DNA of 64,000 nt, taken from NCBI GenBank assembly GCA_021613535.1, contig CP075493.1, positions 11,408,001-11,472,000 on the forward strand, given 5' to 3'. Made by a program: the position numbers and the translations under genes. How positions within the stretch are numbered: position 1 is the stretch's first letter; each line of letters opens with the position of its first letter. Origin of the DNA: Adineta vaga (lineage: Eukaryota; Animalia; Rotifera). Under the pieces are notes generated by a model. The model made no database searches. It had not been told where the DNA came from and saw only the letters and a list, made by a program, of their open reading frames with translations. This document shows, in pieces, positions 1-13,390 of the stretch.

Positions 1-635
1 TATTATATATATATATATCTATTGATGTTCTTTGAATAAATTTTTGCGTACTGTATTCTCATGAATGTTTTTAGAATTGATTATTGTTCCGTCTTTGAAA
101 ATAAAATAATCAAGATTAAAATTTTCTCTTAAGATTTTATTAGAGAGATTCAGACGGTAGTCTAATAAGTGAGGTAGATATAGTAACGGTGGAAGAAAAG
201 AACAAAGTATGGTACGTAGTAGGAAATAAAATCATAAAAGTATGTGTTTGCCTACATGAAAAACAAACAATATTTTCGGAGCGTTGTCGACGTTATTTTT
301 GAAGCTTTATATTTTTTGACTAGTCTGTTTTTCATCTATGAGAGAAACAGCAAAATTTCTCCGCATTTTTTGGTTATAAATTCATCATAAAAGTAAGTTT
401 TTTTCCTTATAAAAATCTTTCATCAGATCAACGCACGTATCGGAGAGGCCGCAAATTATTTGAAAAAGAGAAAGAAATTATTCGAATAATGGTTATTTTA
501 TCAGTTTTTCTGTTGATATATTATATTTGGACGAATAAGAGAGAGAGAGTTAGATACTTTTCGTTCATCGTTCAACTTAGTATTATATCATCAAGAACGA
601 AAAAAGTGTATACATCTGTATTTTAATGTTTTCAG

Positions 636-1267
636 ATGCCAGTAAAACAACTTATACTTTGTGTTATAACAATAGTCTGTGCGGTGCTAATATATAAACT
701 TTCACGATCAAATCGTATGCAGATTGATTTTCCTGTGAATGAGAAAGAATGCCAGAGAGTACGCGAATTAGTTCAAAACAAACGGATTCATTTAACTATG
801 GAAGAGCGCTCTACAACGTTCGAAAGTATTGAGAATGCAAATTTTAGTGATTATGTAAAAGTACTTCTCGATCAGCATAAAAATTCCGATAAATCAATAC
901 AAGATTTTATTGCTCGAATTCCTTTCACTGAACACAGTCAATTTCTTTTCCATGGATAGTCACTGGATGGCGAAATTCTTATTCACTTACTCTTATTGCA
1001 CACAAGAAATACGATGGTCATCATAAGATTCTCATCTCCAAATTATCAAGAGAGCTTACCATATCGATCTGGATGAAAATATTTTCACCTCTGAAATCGC
1101 TGTTTGGTATGACAACGAGTGAACATGAACAAATAGACGAAATTCTTGCAGGCAAATTTAGTGAACAAAACAAACAAATGTTAGAAAACATGATGTTATA
1201 TGTAATTGCTGGACATATCAATACTCATTTTGCTAATGATATTCAAATCAATTTTGTTAATAAGTAG
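636..1267 (+). CDS. Uncharacterised N-terminally anchored protein; apparent frameshift near 950
   Basis: ORF 636-959 starts with a hydrophobic anchor (LILCVITIVCAVLIY). Another frame (WIVTGWRNSYSLTLIAHKKYDGHH...) is open from about 950 and runs into ORF 1073-1267 with no intron signals. ttttcag lies directly before the ATG. Confidence 0.5.
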
Positions 1268-1284
1268 AAATCTCTAACCTGAAC

Positions 1285-1308
1285 TTATTATTATTATTAT
1301 TATTATTA
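1285..1308 (+). repeat. (TTA)8 microsatellite
   Basis: Read directly: ttattattattattattattatta. Confidence 0.9.
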
Positions 1309-2238
1309 TATTACTACTGATTGAATGATTGATTTCGAAATTTAGTTTACAAATATATTTTATCATTGTTGTTATCTTTGAAAAATGTCTGAAATAAAAG
1401 CTCTATAATCTCTTGTTCTAAGTCAGAAGAATTCATTTTGAAAAGTTTGTAAATATCCAAATGATGTTACTATTGGATGAATTAAACTTTGAAAATCTTT
1501 TTTTTACATATAGTAAAGAAGTGAGTGTGAAGATGGGTCAGAATGTCTCTTTTCTTTACTCATACCTACGCCCATCATTTTTTATTTAAATATACTCTCA
1601 GTATAAGATATCTTGAATTGTCTTCAACAATACAAATAGGTGATATAATCAGTTTTAACAAACAAATAAGAGCAACATGCCCAGAATGGTCCATAAATAT
1701 CGACGCGAGAGGCTACTAAAATATTTTGAATGAAATCTTTCGTATAAGTTTTTAGTAGACTTCAATAAATGTCTTGTACAATAAAATGATGAAGAAATGG
1801 ATTTACTAGAATTCATTATAGTCAAATGTGCGAAACTCCATAAAGAGTCATTCCCATTTAATGTCACTGTGTTTTACTAGAAATTAACCATTTTTGCCTT
1901 TCTTTAATACGAAACACATCGGACATGGTGATTGCATTAAAAATTCACTTCTTTCTTTTTCTATTTATAATTAAAGTAAAAACAATGAAATCTTCACTAG
2001 TTTACTTTCTCATCTGATCGTATTTATCAATTGAAAGTATTAGACTTGTATTGAAGTTATAGATCGCAAAATACGATGACTGCTTAAATTGTTCGCAACA
2101 AATGCGTTTAGACTTTCTTTGACTCTATGTTCATAAAACTATGAAATCAAACTCACATCTATAAACATAATTTTCATTTTATTTTAAAAATAAATGCTTT
2201 TAAAGTATATTTTGTGATGACAAAAAAGTGTCTATAAA

Positions 2239-2739
2239 TTACAGATTGAACAATTGTTTGATCTCACTTTCTGTGAACCATTTTTTCAGATTATCTGCTT
2301 CGAGAACTTGTTCTTCGGCTCTTTCATGTTCATTCACCAATTTGGATACTTTATCGACAAGTAAAGTGGCTTCGTTAATAATACTATTGAGATCTTCATC
2401 ATCGGTTTTTTTCAATTGTTTGAGACGATGAGAAAAATTCTTGAATTCAATCAACAATTGACTAAGTTGCTTGTGATGATCTTCTAAATGTGAGATATCA
2501 ATTTTTCGAGCAAGTTTAGGAAAAATCCGTTGATCTTCGATGGTATGATGATTGTGAAGATAATGACAAAATGAATGAATATCAGACGCTAAATGGTGTA
2601 GATCTGCAACGGTTTTCGCTCGTTTACATTGTTGTTGCATTGATAGAAGTGATTGTCCATGGGAACGATGAAAATAGCACATATTTTCATGGAGTGCTCC
2701 AAAGATATTTCGAGAACTCATTTGATTATTTTGATACAA
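2239..2739 (-). CDS. Hemerythrin/HHE cation-binding domain protein, intronless
   Basis: His/Glu pattern FHRSH...LHNHHTIEDQRIFP...HLEDHH...HERAEE, matching the HxxxE repeats of hemerythrin-like proteins. Confidence 0.8.
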   Translation of the reverse strand: MYQNNQMSSRNIFGALHENMCYFHRSHGQSLLSMQQQCKRAKTVADLHHLASDIHSFCHYLHNHHTIEDQRIFPKLARKIDISHLEDHHKQLSQLLIEFKNFSHRLKQLKKTDDEDLNSIINEATLLVDKVSKLVNEHERAEEQVLEADNLKKWFTESEIKQLFNL

Positions 2740-3551
2740 TGAAATTTTGCTTCATCAACGATATTTTTCACAGATATTTTTATAGTTCTCTAAAAAATTC
2801 TGCGCTGTCATTATTACGTGTTATGGTTTACAGTTACAGAACGCAAAAGAAACTTATATATGCAAATGAGAGATGACTAAGCAAGATGGCGCAATGTTCC
2901 AATCACGAATAGATGTTTTTCTGACAGACGATGTCGAAATTTCAGCTCTCTACAGTGCTGTTCTTATAATTTTGAACAGTACTGTATTGCAAACGAACGA
3001 TGAATTTGGGTATGTGCAAGTGTAAAGGCAAAAATAAATACATCAGAGACATCTGCTATTAACCCAAATGCGATCATATACACTTTTTCGCATAAGTGAA
3101 AGAGATTTAAGATTAGAAGAAAAGGTTTAGATCTTTCGTAAAAATAAATTGTCAGCAAATGGAAAAACTATTGATTGATTACTTTCTTTTATCAATCTTG
3201 CGCGATGTAGTCCTTTCTTTCGTTCTTCTTCCTTTTGTTCTTTTATCGGTACCAGTGCTCTTTTTACTTATTGGCTAACATCACGCACTATGTTACTAAT
3301 AGAAGCAATTCGAAATCTCTGAATCATTGTTTGATCATAAATGCTTATCTTCAAGCCGCTTCTTCTTAGTTGAATATAAAAACATCATCACACGTACGTA
3401 CACGATCGTATAAATATTTTCGTTTCTCTCACTTATACATCTCTTTATACTTCTCATCGAATATGTCTCAATTGATATGTCGTATTTACTTCGCAAGATC
3501 TTATAACAAGTTCGACCAGAAGAAAAACTTTTAGCTGTTTTCACTCTACAC

Positions 3552-6500
3552 ATGTCGTCGTTTCGTATTTCTTTGATATTCTTAATTTTACCGAATCTTC
3601 TCATTGCATCAGTTTCGGGTGTTTCTCCGACTGATCTACAAAATGTCGGACTTGATGATATGACGTCATTATCATTTGAGTTTTCATCTATTCTTGATAA
3701 AATCCAAACAATTAGTAAGCACGTCATTTTTTATTCTTTCAATTCTGATTTTCTTTCCTACGTATAGTTAATCAATTTCATTGTCCAAAGGAATGGACAC
3801 ATTTTGGTGGCTCATGTTATTACTTATCTAAATTACCATCAACATCAATACAAGCTAATCAAACATGTAATCTTTTAGATTCAACTTTAATGCAAATACG
3901 TCGTTCAAATGACTTCTTTTACACAACATATGTTATGAAAAAACATAATTTATCTACATTAATGATCAGTATACATCCCGATCTATTGAAAGGTAAGAAA
4001 ATGATGAGTTTCTATCTACTGAGGAAAGAAAAGGATTTCTTGTTTTAGAGAAAAGTATGATCGAAACTGTAGAAATTGATCAAAATCAATTCTATGTTAA
4101 ATCTTATGAATTGAAGAAAAAGTTAATCGATCAATTGAATGAAGCTGGCCTACGTATATCAAAACGTTCGAAAAAAATGAAACAAACGATTAAAACACTT
4201 CAACAAAATCTTGTTAGTGGATCTAATAATACAATAGAAAATAGTGAAAACGATGAATTGGCTTTAGAAGATAGAAGCGATGAATTCAAAAACATCACTA
4301 ACATTCAAAGATTATGTGATGAAATACATTGGAATATTACAAAGATTAATTCAACGCTTTATCTATTGACCACTTCTTTAACATCAAATAAAATCATTTG
4401 TTCATTAAATGAACTTCCCGCTAACATTCAATATTCATATATTTGTGAAAATGGTTTGTAATCTTGACTCTAAAAATGAATATCTTAAATCTATAATCAT
4501 TGAATATAGTATTCGACTTTTGTTTTGCAAATACTAAATGTGGCAAACATGGACATTGTGTAAATACATTATCCGATTTCAAATGTTCTTGTTCGTTTTT
4601 ATACGATGGGCTACAGTGTGAAAAAAGTAAGATTTTACTTTTCTGATTGTTAGATAACCTTTACCAATGATTTCTTTTCTAGTTTCAAATTACGGCAAAC
4701 AGATTATCATTAGTTTCATTCTTGCTTTCGTGCTTTTCGGACTATCAATGACACCAGCGCGTTGGGTTATCTTGTTTATTTGTAAATCTTGTTGTACGAT
4801 GTGTCAACATAGAAAAAGAAATAGTAGACAGAAAACAACACATGATCGAAACAAGTCAACGAGTAGATCAGAAAAAAGACGAGCTATGTAAGTTAGTCAT
4901 GTTTCATTACTTTTATTTAATAAAAAAAAAGGTTAAAATATACTGAAACATATCTTTCGTTTAGTATGACAGACAAGCCGAATCAAACCAATATTCGATC
5001 TTTCTGGATGATTGGATTGAGTATACTTTTCTTTCTGTTCATACTCCTTACAGTAACACTAACACATTATATATCATCTAACTACCAAACAATGTATCAT
5101 ACAATTCAGTTAGTAACATTATGTAAAATCATACCATATTTGCCAGCAAATAGTCTCCTGTTTTGTCCAATAGCATTTATTTTAATATTCAGTTTTTCTT
5201 GTCTTATCAAACGACAAAATCACTGTTTAGGTTTGTGTCATGGTCGACCAGGTGACATTTTGTTTTTTTTCAATACTTCATAAACTTTTTCTTTTCATTA
5301 TATAGGCTTTTTATCGCCAATTGAACCATTTCGTATAACAAATCGTTTTCCAATTGCAGCACTTTTTGGTGTATTTGCATTTGAATTCTTAAAAACATTG
5401 GAAACGTTTTTACTCCAGACAAGAAATCAATCAAATTCAAGTATACTAAGTACATTATTCAGAATATTGTGGATTATGTTTCCTTCTTGGGTAAGAAAAT
5501 CATATAATAGATCCTTAAGTGAATGAGAGTAATGATATTTTCTACTGTAGATTTCAATATTATCCGATACTTATTTCATTACAATTACGTCATACTATTA
5601 CACGACTTGTTATCTGTTTGTATGTATCAATTCATCTTATCTACACGATTATACGAGAAGGGCCGTGTGTGAGTTTTTCAAATCCAATAGGATATGGTTT
5701 ATTTTTGAATAGAACGAAAATTGGAATGGTAATTATGTCACAAGCATTGATAAATTTTTAAAATACCATTTTTTTCTAGGGATTCGATACACCATCTTTC
5801 ATTATTTTTACTTATGTGAGAAATATTCCACTTTTTATTTTACTTTCTTATCTTGCTGTGGAATTATCTGTACGTTTCTTCTATGATTCTATATATATGA
5901 CAATGAAAATGAAACAAAATTCATGTTCAACATTATCGTCTTGTGATGAATCAGAAGAATTGATATTGGCAAAAGAACATGTTACAAAACTATTTCGACA
6001 GTCTGGTCATGATAATCGATTGATCTATTCAACAAGTGCTATTATTGACAAATTAGGTGATGCTAAAAATGAGAACAGGTTATCTTACAACTGTACAGAT
6101 AGTTTTCGTTTTACCACAATGATTTTGTGTACATATACAATGGCTATTGTATTTGTTTATTACTTTGCATGTACATTCGTATTTGTATACATGTCACATG
6201 TGCATCGATTTCTTTCGTTAAAATCAATTTTAATAAGTGTAGTTATAACTCTTGGAATCGTTGGGATTCAATTGTACATTGGTCTTATCAATTATAAACT
6301 TCATAAATTACAATTATTTCGAGGTACACATACAAATATTCCATCCATAATCAATTTTCAATCGAATACAATCGGATCCAAATCGATTCCTTATTTTGGT
6401 TTCTTTGTTGGTTATACAGCATGTAGTTTCGTAATATTTTTTCATTCCATACTTTTCCTTTACTATATCATTCAATGCATATTTTCACAAACAATATATG

Positions 6501-7492
6501 TTACATCAATACTTAATAGAACTGTACCTATCCTAATTATTTATCTACTTGCAATGCTCAGTACATCATTCTTTGGAAAAACTATCCATTTAACCAATCT
6601 GAAAATATATGGATGTTTTATCTACTTGAGTTTCTTTGTTGGTAAGATTTGTTTTATTAAATCATGTATGATATGAAACAGAAAAGAAATGCATTTCTAT
6701 TAAGAATGTTTTCTCGGTTTTCCTTCATGCTTAATTCGATTGATTACATCTGCGTTTTTTAATGTACTGTACATGGCAAGACTTGATTGTAGTTTATATG
6801 GAAAATCATTCGAAAAATTCGGTAAATTATTTCAACTAATGGAAAGATGTGAACTTTTCGAAGTCTTTCATTTAGATGCTGGATTTACTGCCTATGTTTC
6901 ATATTTACATGCAGAAGTTGCTTATACAAATCCAATTATGCTTGGTGAGTTGATAGAGATGGAAAAACAAGTATATCTATTTGTTTATCTTTGTTAGTGT
7001 TTTGTTCTTCATTCTTTGATGATATTCTTCAACGACGACCAAAGCAAAGTTCGGATGGAAATGATATAGAATTAAAACTAATGACTGTGAAAAATGAATT
7101 GTTAACAAAACAAAAAACGACCTTCATGTTCGATTCAAATAATTCAATCATTACTTGCTTATCAGAACCAGAAGAAGTATATGATTATGTGAGAATTAAA
7201 AAGCGAAAGCGAAATCGTTTTCGATGGCTTCTTGCATATACACTTTCAAATAATAATCAATTGATTCAACTGAGAAAACGAGTACATATTCGTCTTCCTT
7301 CTTTACGTAGTGATGATTGGCTTGAACATTCAGTCGAAGAGAATGAAACTCCTGAATTTGTAGTGACAAATTCAAAACAAACTAAGTATAGTTATATCTG
7401 TTTGAAAAAGAATCCATGATAATTGATCATATATTCTTTCTTTTAGACATACAACATCATATTACGTTGATGATTCTGAAAATATTGAATAA
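3552..7492 (+). CDS. Multi-exon C-type lectin + EGF + STRA6-like multipass membrane protein
   Basis: Signal peptide; exon from about 3768 reads CPKEWTHFGGSCYY (CTLD); exon about 4510-4626 reads CGKHGHCVNTLSDFKCSCSFLYDGLQC (EGF); then a TM. In-frame splice across about 4888-4964 leads to STRA6-like motifs CHGRPG/LLSPIEPF, ARLDCSLY..DAGFTAYVSYLHAE..TNPIML and RFRWLLAYTLSNN..L..LRK. Last exon 7447-7492 is inferred (alternative stop at 7419). Confidence 0.8.
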
Positions 7493-7714
7493 TTCATCTT
7501 CTCAAAATATACGTGTCGGATACAACAAAAACTTCACAATTCCTTCTAATATTCTCATCTAATCACGAATCTATCTACAAAGTGTAGAAGACTGTGTTCT
7601 GCTATGAGTACGCCTAGCAATCACTTTTTTCTTTATGGCAAGATGATATGTATCCTAAAGTTTTCACATTCTCTTTTCTGATATAAAAAGAATACATGCA
7701 TGAAAAATACATGT

Positions 7715-10525
7715 TCATCCTTTAAAGTCGAAAAACGACAGTTCTTCGTCTTTGTTGACAAAGAGTTCTGTATGATCATCAATTGCATTACAGCTACCTT
7801 TGCCGATAAGAACACCATTGGAAATGAATTGTGTAAATAATAATAGAAAAGGTGAATCAGTTATATCACATCGACGAATATGAATATCGAGATGAAAGGA
7901 AGCCAAAAATGTTGAATTTGATGTTATATCAATGATGGTTTCTGTCCGTGGAAGATTGAATTGATTTCGCACAATCAATCGAACATCAGATATGGATGCT
8001 ATTTGAATATTATACGATAAAACATGTCGAAGAATAATTCTATAATTCATCAAATTCTTATCTACTGATTCAATTCTAATCTGTTCAATAGACATTGGAC
8101 GATTGAACGTATCATCAAATACACAAGTAGTTGAATTATAACATTGTTTATTTTGTAAAGGATGATTGATTGTAACCGAAAAATCATCAAGTAGACGTGG
8201 TAAGTGCTGACCTCCACGCATTTTAACTGTAATTGATGTGGATTGTAATTTAAGTGGAACATTCATAGGTAGATTTGTTAATTTCTCTACCCGGGAAAAA
8301 GATTTCGATGTATGTTTAGCATAAATAATATATGGATGAGCTTTGTTAAATGGTTGTCGAAGAACAGCAAAAGTGCAAATCAGTATCAGACTAATTAAAA
8401 GAACGATCAATATTCGACCAAAGTATTTTATACGTTGAGCGACTGAAATAAGATTTAGTGCGAGAAATAATGTCGACGTAATGACAACACTACTGATTAC
8501 TATATTAGTACGTAATCTCAATGCAGGCAAAGACATTTTGAGGAAAATCGGCATAAGAATACGTAGTAACCAATCGCTAATTGCAATTGTATGTGTGAAT
8601 GGTAAAAGAGAAATGATCAATGGTAGATACAACCAATGAGATTTCTGTTTCAAAAATGTCCATTGATGTTGTTTTGAATGCAAAATGAAGTCAACGATCA
8701 TCGCACAAAGATAAGTAGGACAGATAAAGATCGACCAAACAAGAATTATATAGAATATTCGATATTTGAATAGAATGGAAATCATCATTAACAAACAATA
8801 AATCAATAGAATGGAAAAATTTTGTTCGAAATTGAAATGAATCTTGTTCGAATGTTTCACATTGATTTCTGTAGAGTTATCTGATGATTTTCGAAGAATA
8901 CAACGATGAAGTCTATCAAACAGATGTTCACTGCTCAGAAAACCGATTAAATATGGCAAACTAAAAACATACATTGCCAATGTTACATTGCCATTCCATG
9001 CAGTAGGTCGTATCATTGTCATGACCGCTGCGAAAATGTATGATAATATAAGACCAACTATGATTGAGATGATATTCGCAATGACATAGATTATAATCGA
9101 ACTAATACGAATAAGAAATGGATTTTTGAAATAAACATAAATACAATGCGGATCATTACATGATGAAGTTGGTTTACGATGCCATATGTGATCGAAAATA
9201 ATTAAAACTATACCCATAATAATAGTCATGATAATTAGAACCCATTGAATTAGTATCGATGTTGATAATTTATATATCATTAAATATCGACCAAGAATAT
9301 CAAAATAAATCAATAGATCAGGTTCAGTCACATTTTTAGACATTGGAACATATTCTCGAAATAGATTGCGAGTTAAGATACCAAGATTTTCTCCTAAATC
9401 TTGAATAATACCTCGTTTAATTTCTGATGAATGATCAAGTACAGTATGATAGGTATAACTATCAAGCAAAAAACCGAAAGCGTATCCTAATCGAGTATTA
9501 TTTAAATACAGTACATTATAATCACTCGCCCATGGAATCCACATTGAAGTCAACTCAAGCACAACGTTAGTACGTGGTCTTGATACTCGACTATAATCAA
9601 TTACTAGCTAGAGCAAAAAAGAAAAAGAAAAGTCCTCTGTGCATAGATTATAATACTAATTAATTAATAATAAAAAAAACCTGTGATCGTGTTGTTTCAG
9701 TTAGAAAAGCCACTTCTCTACAACTTGCTGCATCAACATTGATAAAATAATCGAAATCAGATCGCCAACGATGATGAGTAGTAAATGCTTTTGCACCTTC
9801 GAGATTCGATTCTTCTCCATTCGTAAATAGAAGTATCAAATCCATCTTGGAAAAAGTTAATGTAACATCATGAACTAGATTTGAAACTAATTCGAGTAAA
9901 ATGACAACACCTGAACCATCATCACAACTTCCCGAACTAAACTCCACTATAATAGATAAAAATGAATCGATTTTCTTACATGATAGAATAAAATTTTACC
10001 TGTATCATAATGAGCACTTAACAAGAGACTTGGTATGTTTTTTTTATAGGTTTGACTTGCATTTGATATACGAACAAGAATATTTTGTAGTTGATTTTGT
10101 TTTAAATTAGTAAAATTTTGAAGTTCAATTTGAAATCGAAGATTTCGTTTGTTCATTGAATAGATACGATGAATTTGAGAAATGAGATAATCACGTGCTT
10201 GAAAATTACCACGTGTATTACTAACCCTTGATCCATATTGTGTTAAATTATGTAAATAATCTAGAGCACGTTCTTCACTAAATATATTCTTGGAAATACT
10301 TCGTGGTTTGACTGTAGGTACTGAATAGAGTATACGAAGTGCGAGTGGACCAGCAATGTTCAATAGACAGATAAACATGACCATCCATAAAATAAATTGT
10401 TTGAGATACTTTTTCGAACTGAAAAATTTTCGATTGATTTTCGTATTTGTTGTTGAGAATTCTTCATCTTCTTGAGTTGGTGTTCTATTGGATACTAATG
10501 TAATCTCTTCTACCATTTTATTCAT
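7715..10525 (-). CDS. ERMP1: ER metallopeptidase 1-like, peptidase family M28, 3 exons
   Basis: FSEERA, LLLSAHYDT, DDGSGVVILLE, LFTNGEESNLEGA, FINVDA, SDY and YHTVLD M28 motifs, followed by many TM helices. Short introns near 9947-10000 and 9610-9682. Confidence 0.85.
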
Positions 10526-11657
10526 CAGTAATCGTTGTTCTTTCTTTAACAATGAAATACTTATTACTCTTTTATTCAAGTAACTATACACATATTATAT
10601 TCTCGTTTCATCCGTTCTTTTTTTTATGACGTTGAAGAAAAGAACAACAACGATCGTACACGTGGAAAATGCCGACTCAAATAAAACATCGTAAACAAAT
10701 TTCAAGAGAAAAAATTATTCTCTCAAGGAAAAACCTATTTAAATGTGAATTGTATATGTTTCATCGGTATGCTTACTTTCCTATTATAATGCCACTCATA
10801 GAAGGAAATAATATTGGTGACAAGAAAACGAATAAAAAAATCGCAATCATTCATTGATTTTGTGCCTATATTTCTAATATTGAATGTAAATGAAATCATT
10901 ATTCACACAAAAATTGACTTAATACCAAGTGTACGCTATAGAACAAACGGATTTATCTAGGTTTTGAGTTTGAGATAAGATTCTTGTTTGTAATCGGCAT
11001 ATAAAGAGAGCTAATCAAGTTAATTGCTTAAAATACAGTTCATTATAAGATGAATTATAAAATCATATGAAATGCAGTCTTATCACGAGAGTAGACTGTG
11101 AGAAAATGTGAAAAAAGCAAACTCTCGGGTAGTTGTTCGCCGTGCGAATGGTGATTGCGCATTATGTGACAGTTGAAAGTTATAATCTATATGATTCCTT
11201 ACAAATAACAAACAATCCCATATACACATTTAGAAAAATCCTATCTTCAAGAATATCGCAGAGTGGATTATTGTATTTCAAGTTTATATGTAAAGAATGT
11301 GGATATATGAGTTCACTTGGAAACAAGATAAGCGTCTCTCGATTTGTAGCATCACCCTTAATTCAAAATACGATCTTGTAATTAATCTTACACAAAAAAA
11401 GGTTCGAATCTTTCATCTATTCTGCATATGCGTTTGAACATTACTAATAATTTTTGTCATATATTAAATTTAATTGTGTATTTGTAATAAAAAAATTGAA
11501 TATATAATAGAACTCTAAGTTAAGAATTTGGGAAGATTCTTTTATTATATATGTGTAGAAAACTAAGATTAAGTTTAAAGACCAATAATACACTATCTAA
11601 CTCCCAATATAAACCATACGAAATGAGAAATTCAGTCATTATGTATTTTATGTTTGA

Positions 11658-11960
11658 TTATGGTGTTGGAGCGACTAAAAGTGGAGTACATGCAGCCATG
11701 CATGCACCTTGTGCAGCACTACATGCTGCAGCTGCTGCAACAGTTGAAGTAGGAGTCGATGTCAGCCAGGCCCACCATCCAACAGGTCCTGTAGCTGCAG
11801 CAGCTGCAGTGGATGCACCAAATGTAAGACCTGCTGCGGCATAACAAGTAACAGCACCATAATTGCAGGCTGTTTGACATGCCGCATAAGCTAATGGTCC
11901 CGAAAAGACCAAATTAGGAAATAATAGAACGAAAATAAAGAAAACGGTTGTTCGTTTCAT
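11658..11960 (-). CDS. Small secreted Cys/Ala-rich protein (GPxAYxxCQTxCN family, familiar from fungi/protists)
   Basis: Signal peptide, then GPLAYAACQTACNYGAVTCYAAAGLTFG...ACSAAQGACMAAC. Intronless and visibly more GC-rich than its flanks. Confidence 0.8.
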   Translation of the reverse strand: MKRTTVFFIFVLLFPNLVFSGPLAYAACQTACNYGAVTCYAAAGLTFGASTAAAAATGPVGWWAWLTSTPTSTVAAAAACSAAQGACMAACTPLLVAPTP

Positions 11961-13390
11961 AAATAAATTCAGTAGTTATGTGAAGTCTAAAATACAAAAT
12001 TTAATAAATCTTTCTAATCGTCACACTTCACACGTCTCTCAATGTTTTAGAATTGAGATGGATACACTCAGATATACTACTAATTAGTCGTAATAGCATA
12101 ATGACCGATTAGTTTTATCACCATATCTAAGTTTATTCAAGTCAAATTTAAAAGCGTTAATTGTAACTCAAAAATGACTGAACTGGGAAAAAAAATAAAT
12201 CCATTGCACCATGTTATCTTATCTCTCAATAAAATTATCATAGAGAACGTGAAAAAAGAAAAAAACAGAAGAAATCAATGCTGACTTTTCAGTCAGACGA
12301 TATTTTTTCCTTCTCTTTCGTCATCAGAAGTCAACCAAACTGCGCGTGCGCCTAACTTGAAGCAATCCATCGTCCATATTTTCTTTCCATTCGTTATATA
12401 CAGATAGAATTTTCAATAGATGTCCATCTATAGCGGTTTTTACACCATTTATTAAATCTATCATCGTATTCTCTCACAATTTGAATCGAGTATAGTATTT
12501 TCAAGATGTCTTGAGATGAATTCATCTACTTTTGATTTAGTTTTAGTTATAGAATAATGTCTTAGTAGTTATGGTATTCGACATGATAAGAATATGCTCA
12601 TTACTTGATTTGGACCTCATTTTTAAGTATGATATGAAGACACTAGAAAACTATATGCAAACACTTCTTCAATAATACCCGCAGTTCAGTAATGATAATA
12701 TTAGCAAAATCATTTAGCTTACATATGAAGAAATTTCAAAAACTTGACATGATATTTGATCATCTTTGCAAAAATTTCTCTAAATCAACATATATTATCG
12801 TTAATAAGTATTGGTAATAACGGATTTAGACAATAGATTGATAAGAGATATTTTGTTTATCGACAATGATTATTTCTGATTTAAAAAAAGAATAGTCGGA
12901 AGATATCTAATAAGTAAGAATTATACAACTGATTGAAGATATTTTTTAAGTTTTAGTATAGACTCGAAGGTATGATATATATTGTTATCAGAATTAATAA
13001 AACTTTCAAAAGTGAGTGTGGCGAATGAAATACAGACAACCGCATTGCTATTCTCCGAATGCAAGGTAAATATGTTGTATACATTGTAAACTTGATAAAG
13101 AAAGCAACATGACTGATAATATATGAGTTAAATATAAAAGTAATATTATAATTTATTTCTGTTCTGTATTTCTTCAATGCTAAAAGACTGGGGAAAATGC
13201 TGTTACAAAATTATTTTTTCGTTCTGTTTAGAATGTTGTCATAGTATACGTTTCTCTTGCAAATAAGCTTGTTTTTGCTTCTACCACTAATTGTATCGTC
13301 TATTAGCAACAGAGAAAAAACCCACTCGTAGTCGTCGGTTTCTATATTGAATAAAATTCTTTTAAATTTTCACTGAAGAGAATAAATGTT

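Noticed and set aside
629-638. ttttcag directly before ATG as a possible spliced-leader trans-splice acceptor
   Set aside because: Cannot be told apart from a 5' UTR cis-intron or chance in AT-rich DNA without 5' cDNA data.
11551-11844. 97-aa Ala-rich + strand ORF
   Set aside because: Antisense shadow of the Cys-rich secreted peptide gene.
12600-12800. Possible decayed coding relic (IFKYDMKTLENYMQTLLQ*YPQF...)
   Set aside because: Multiple stops and no recognisable family; a transposon or gene origin cannot be supported without a tBLASTx search.
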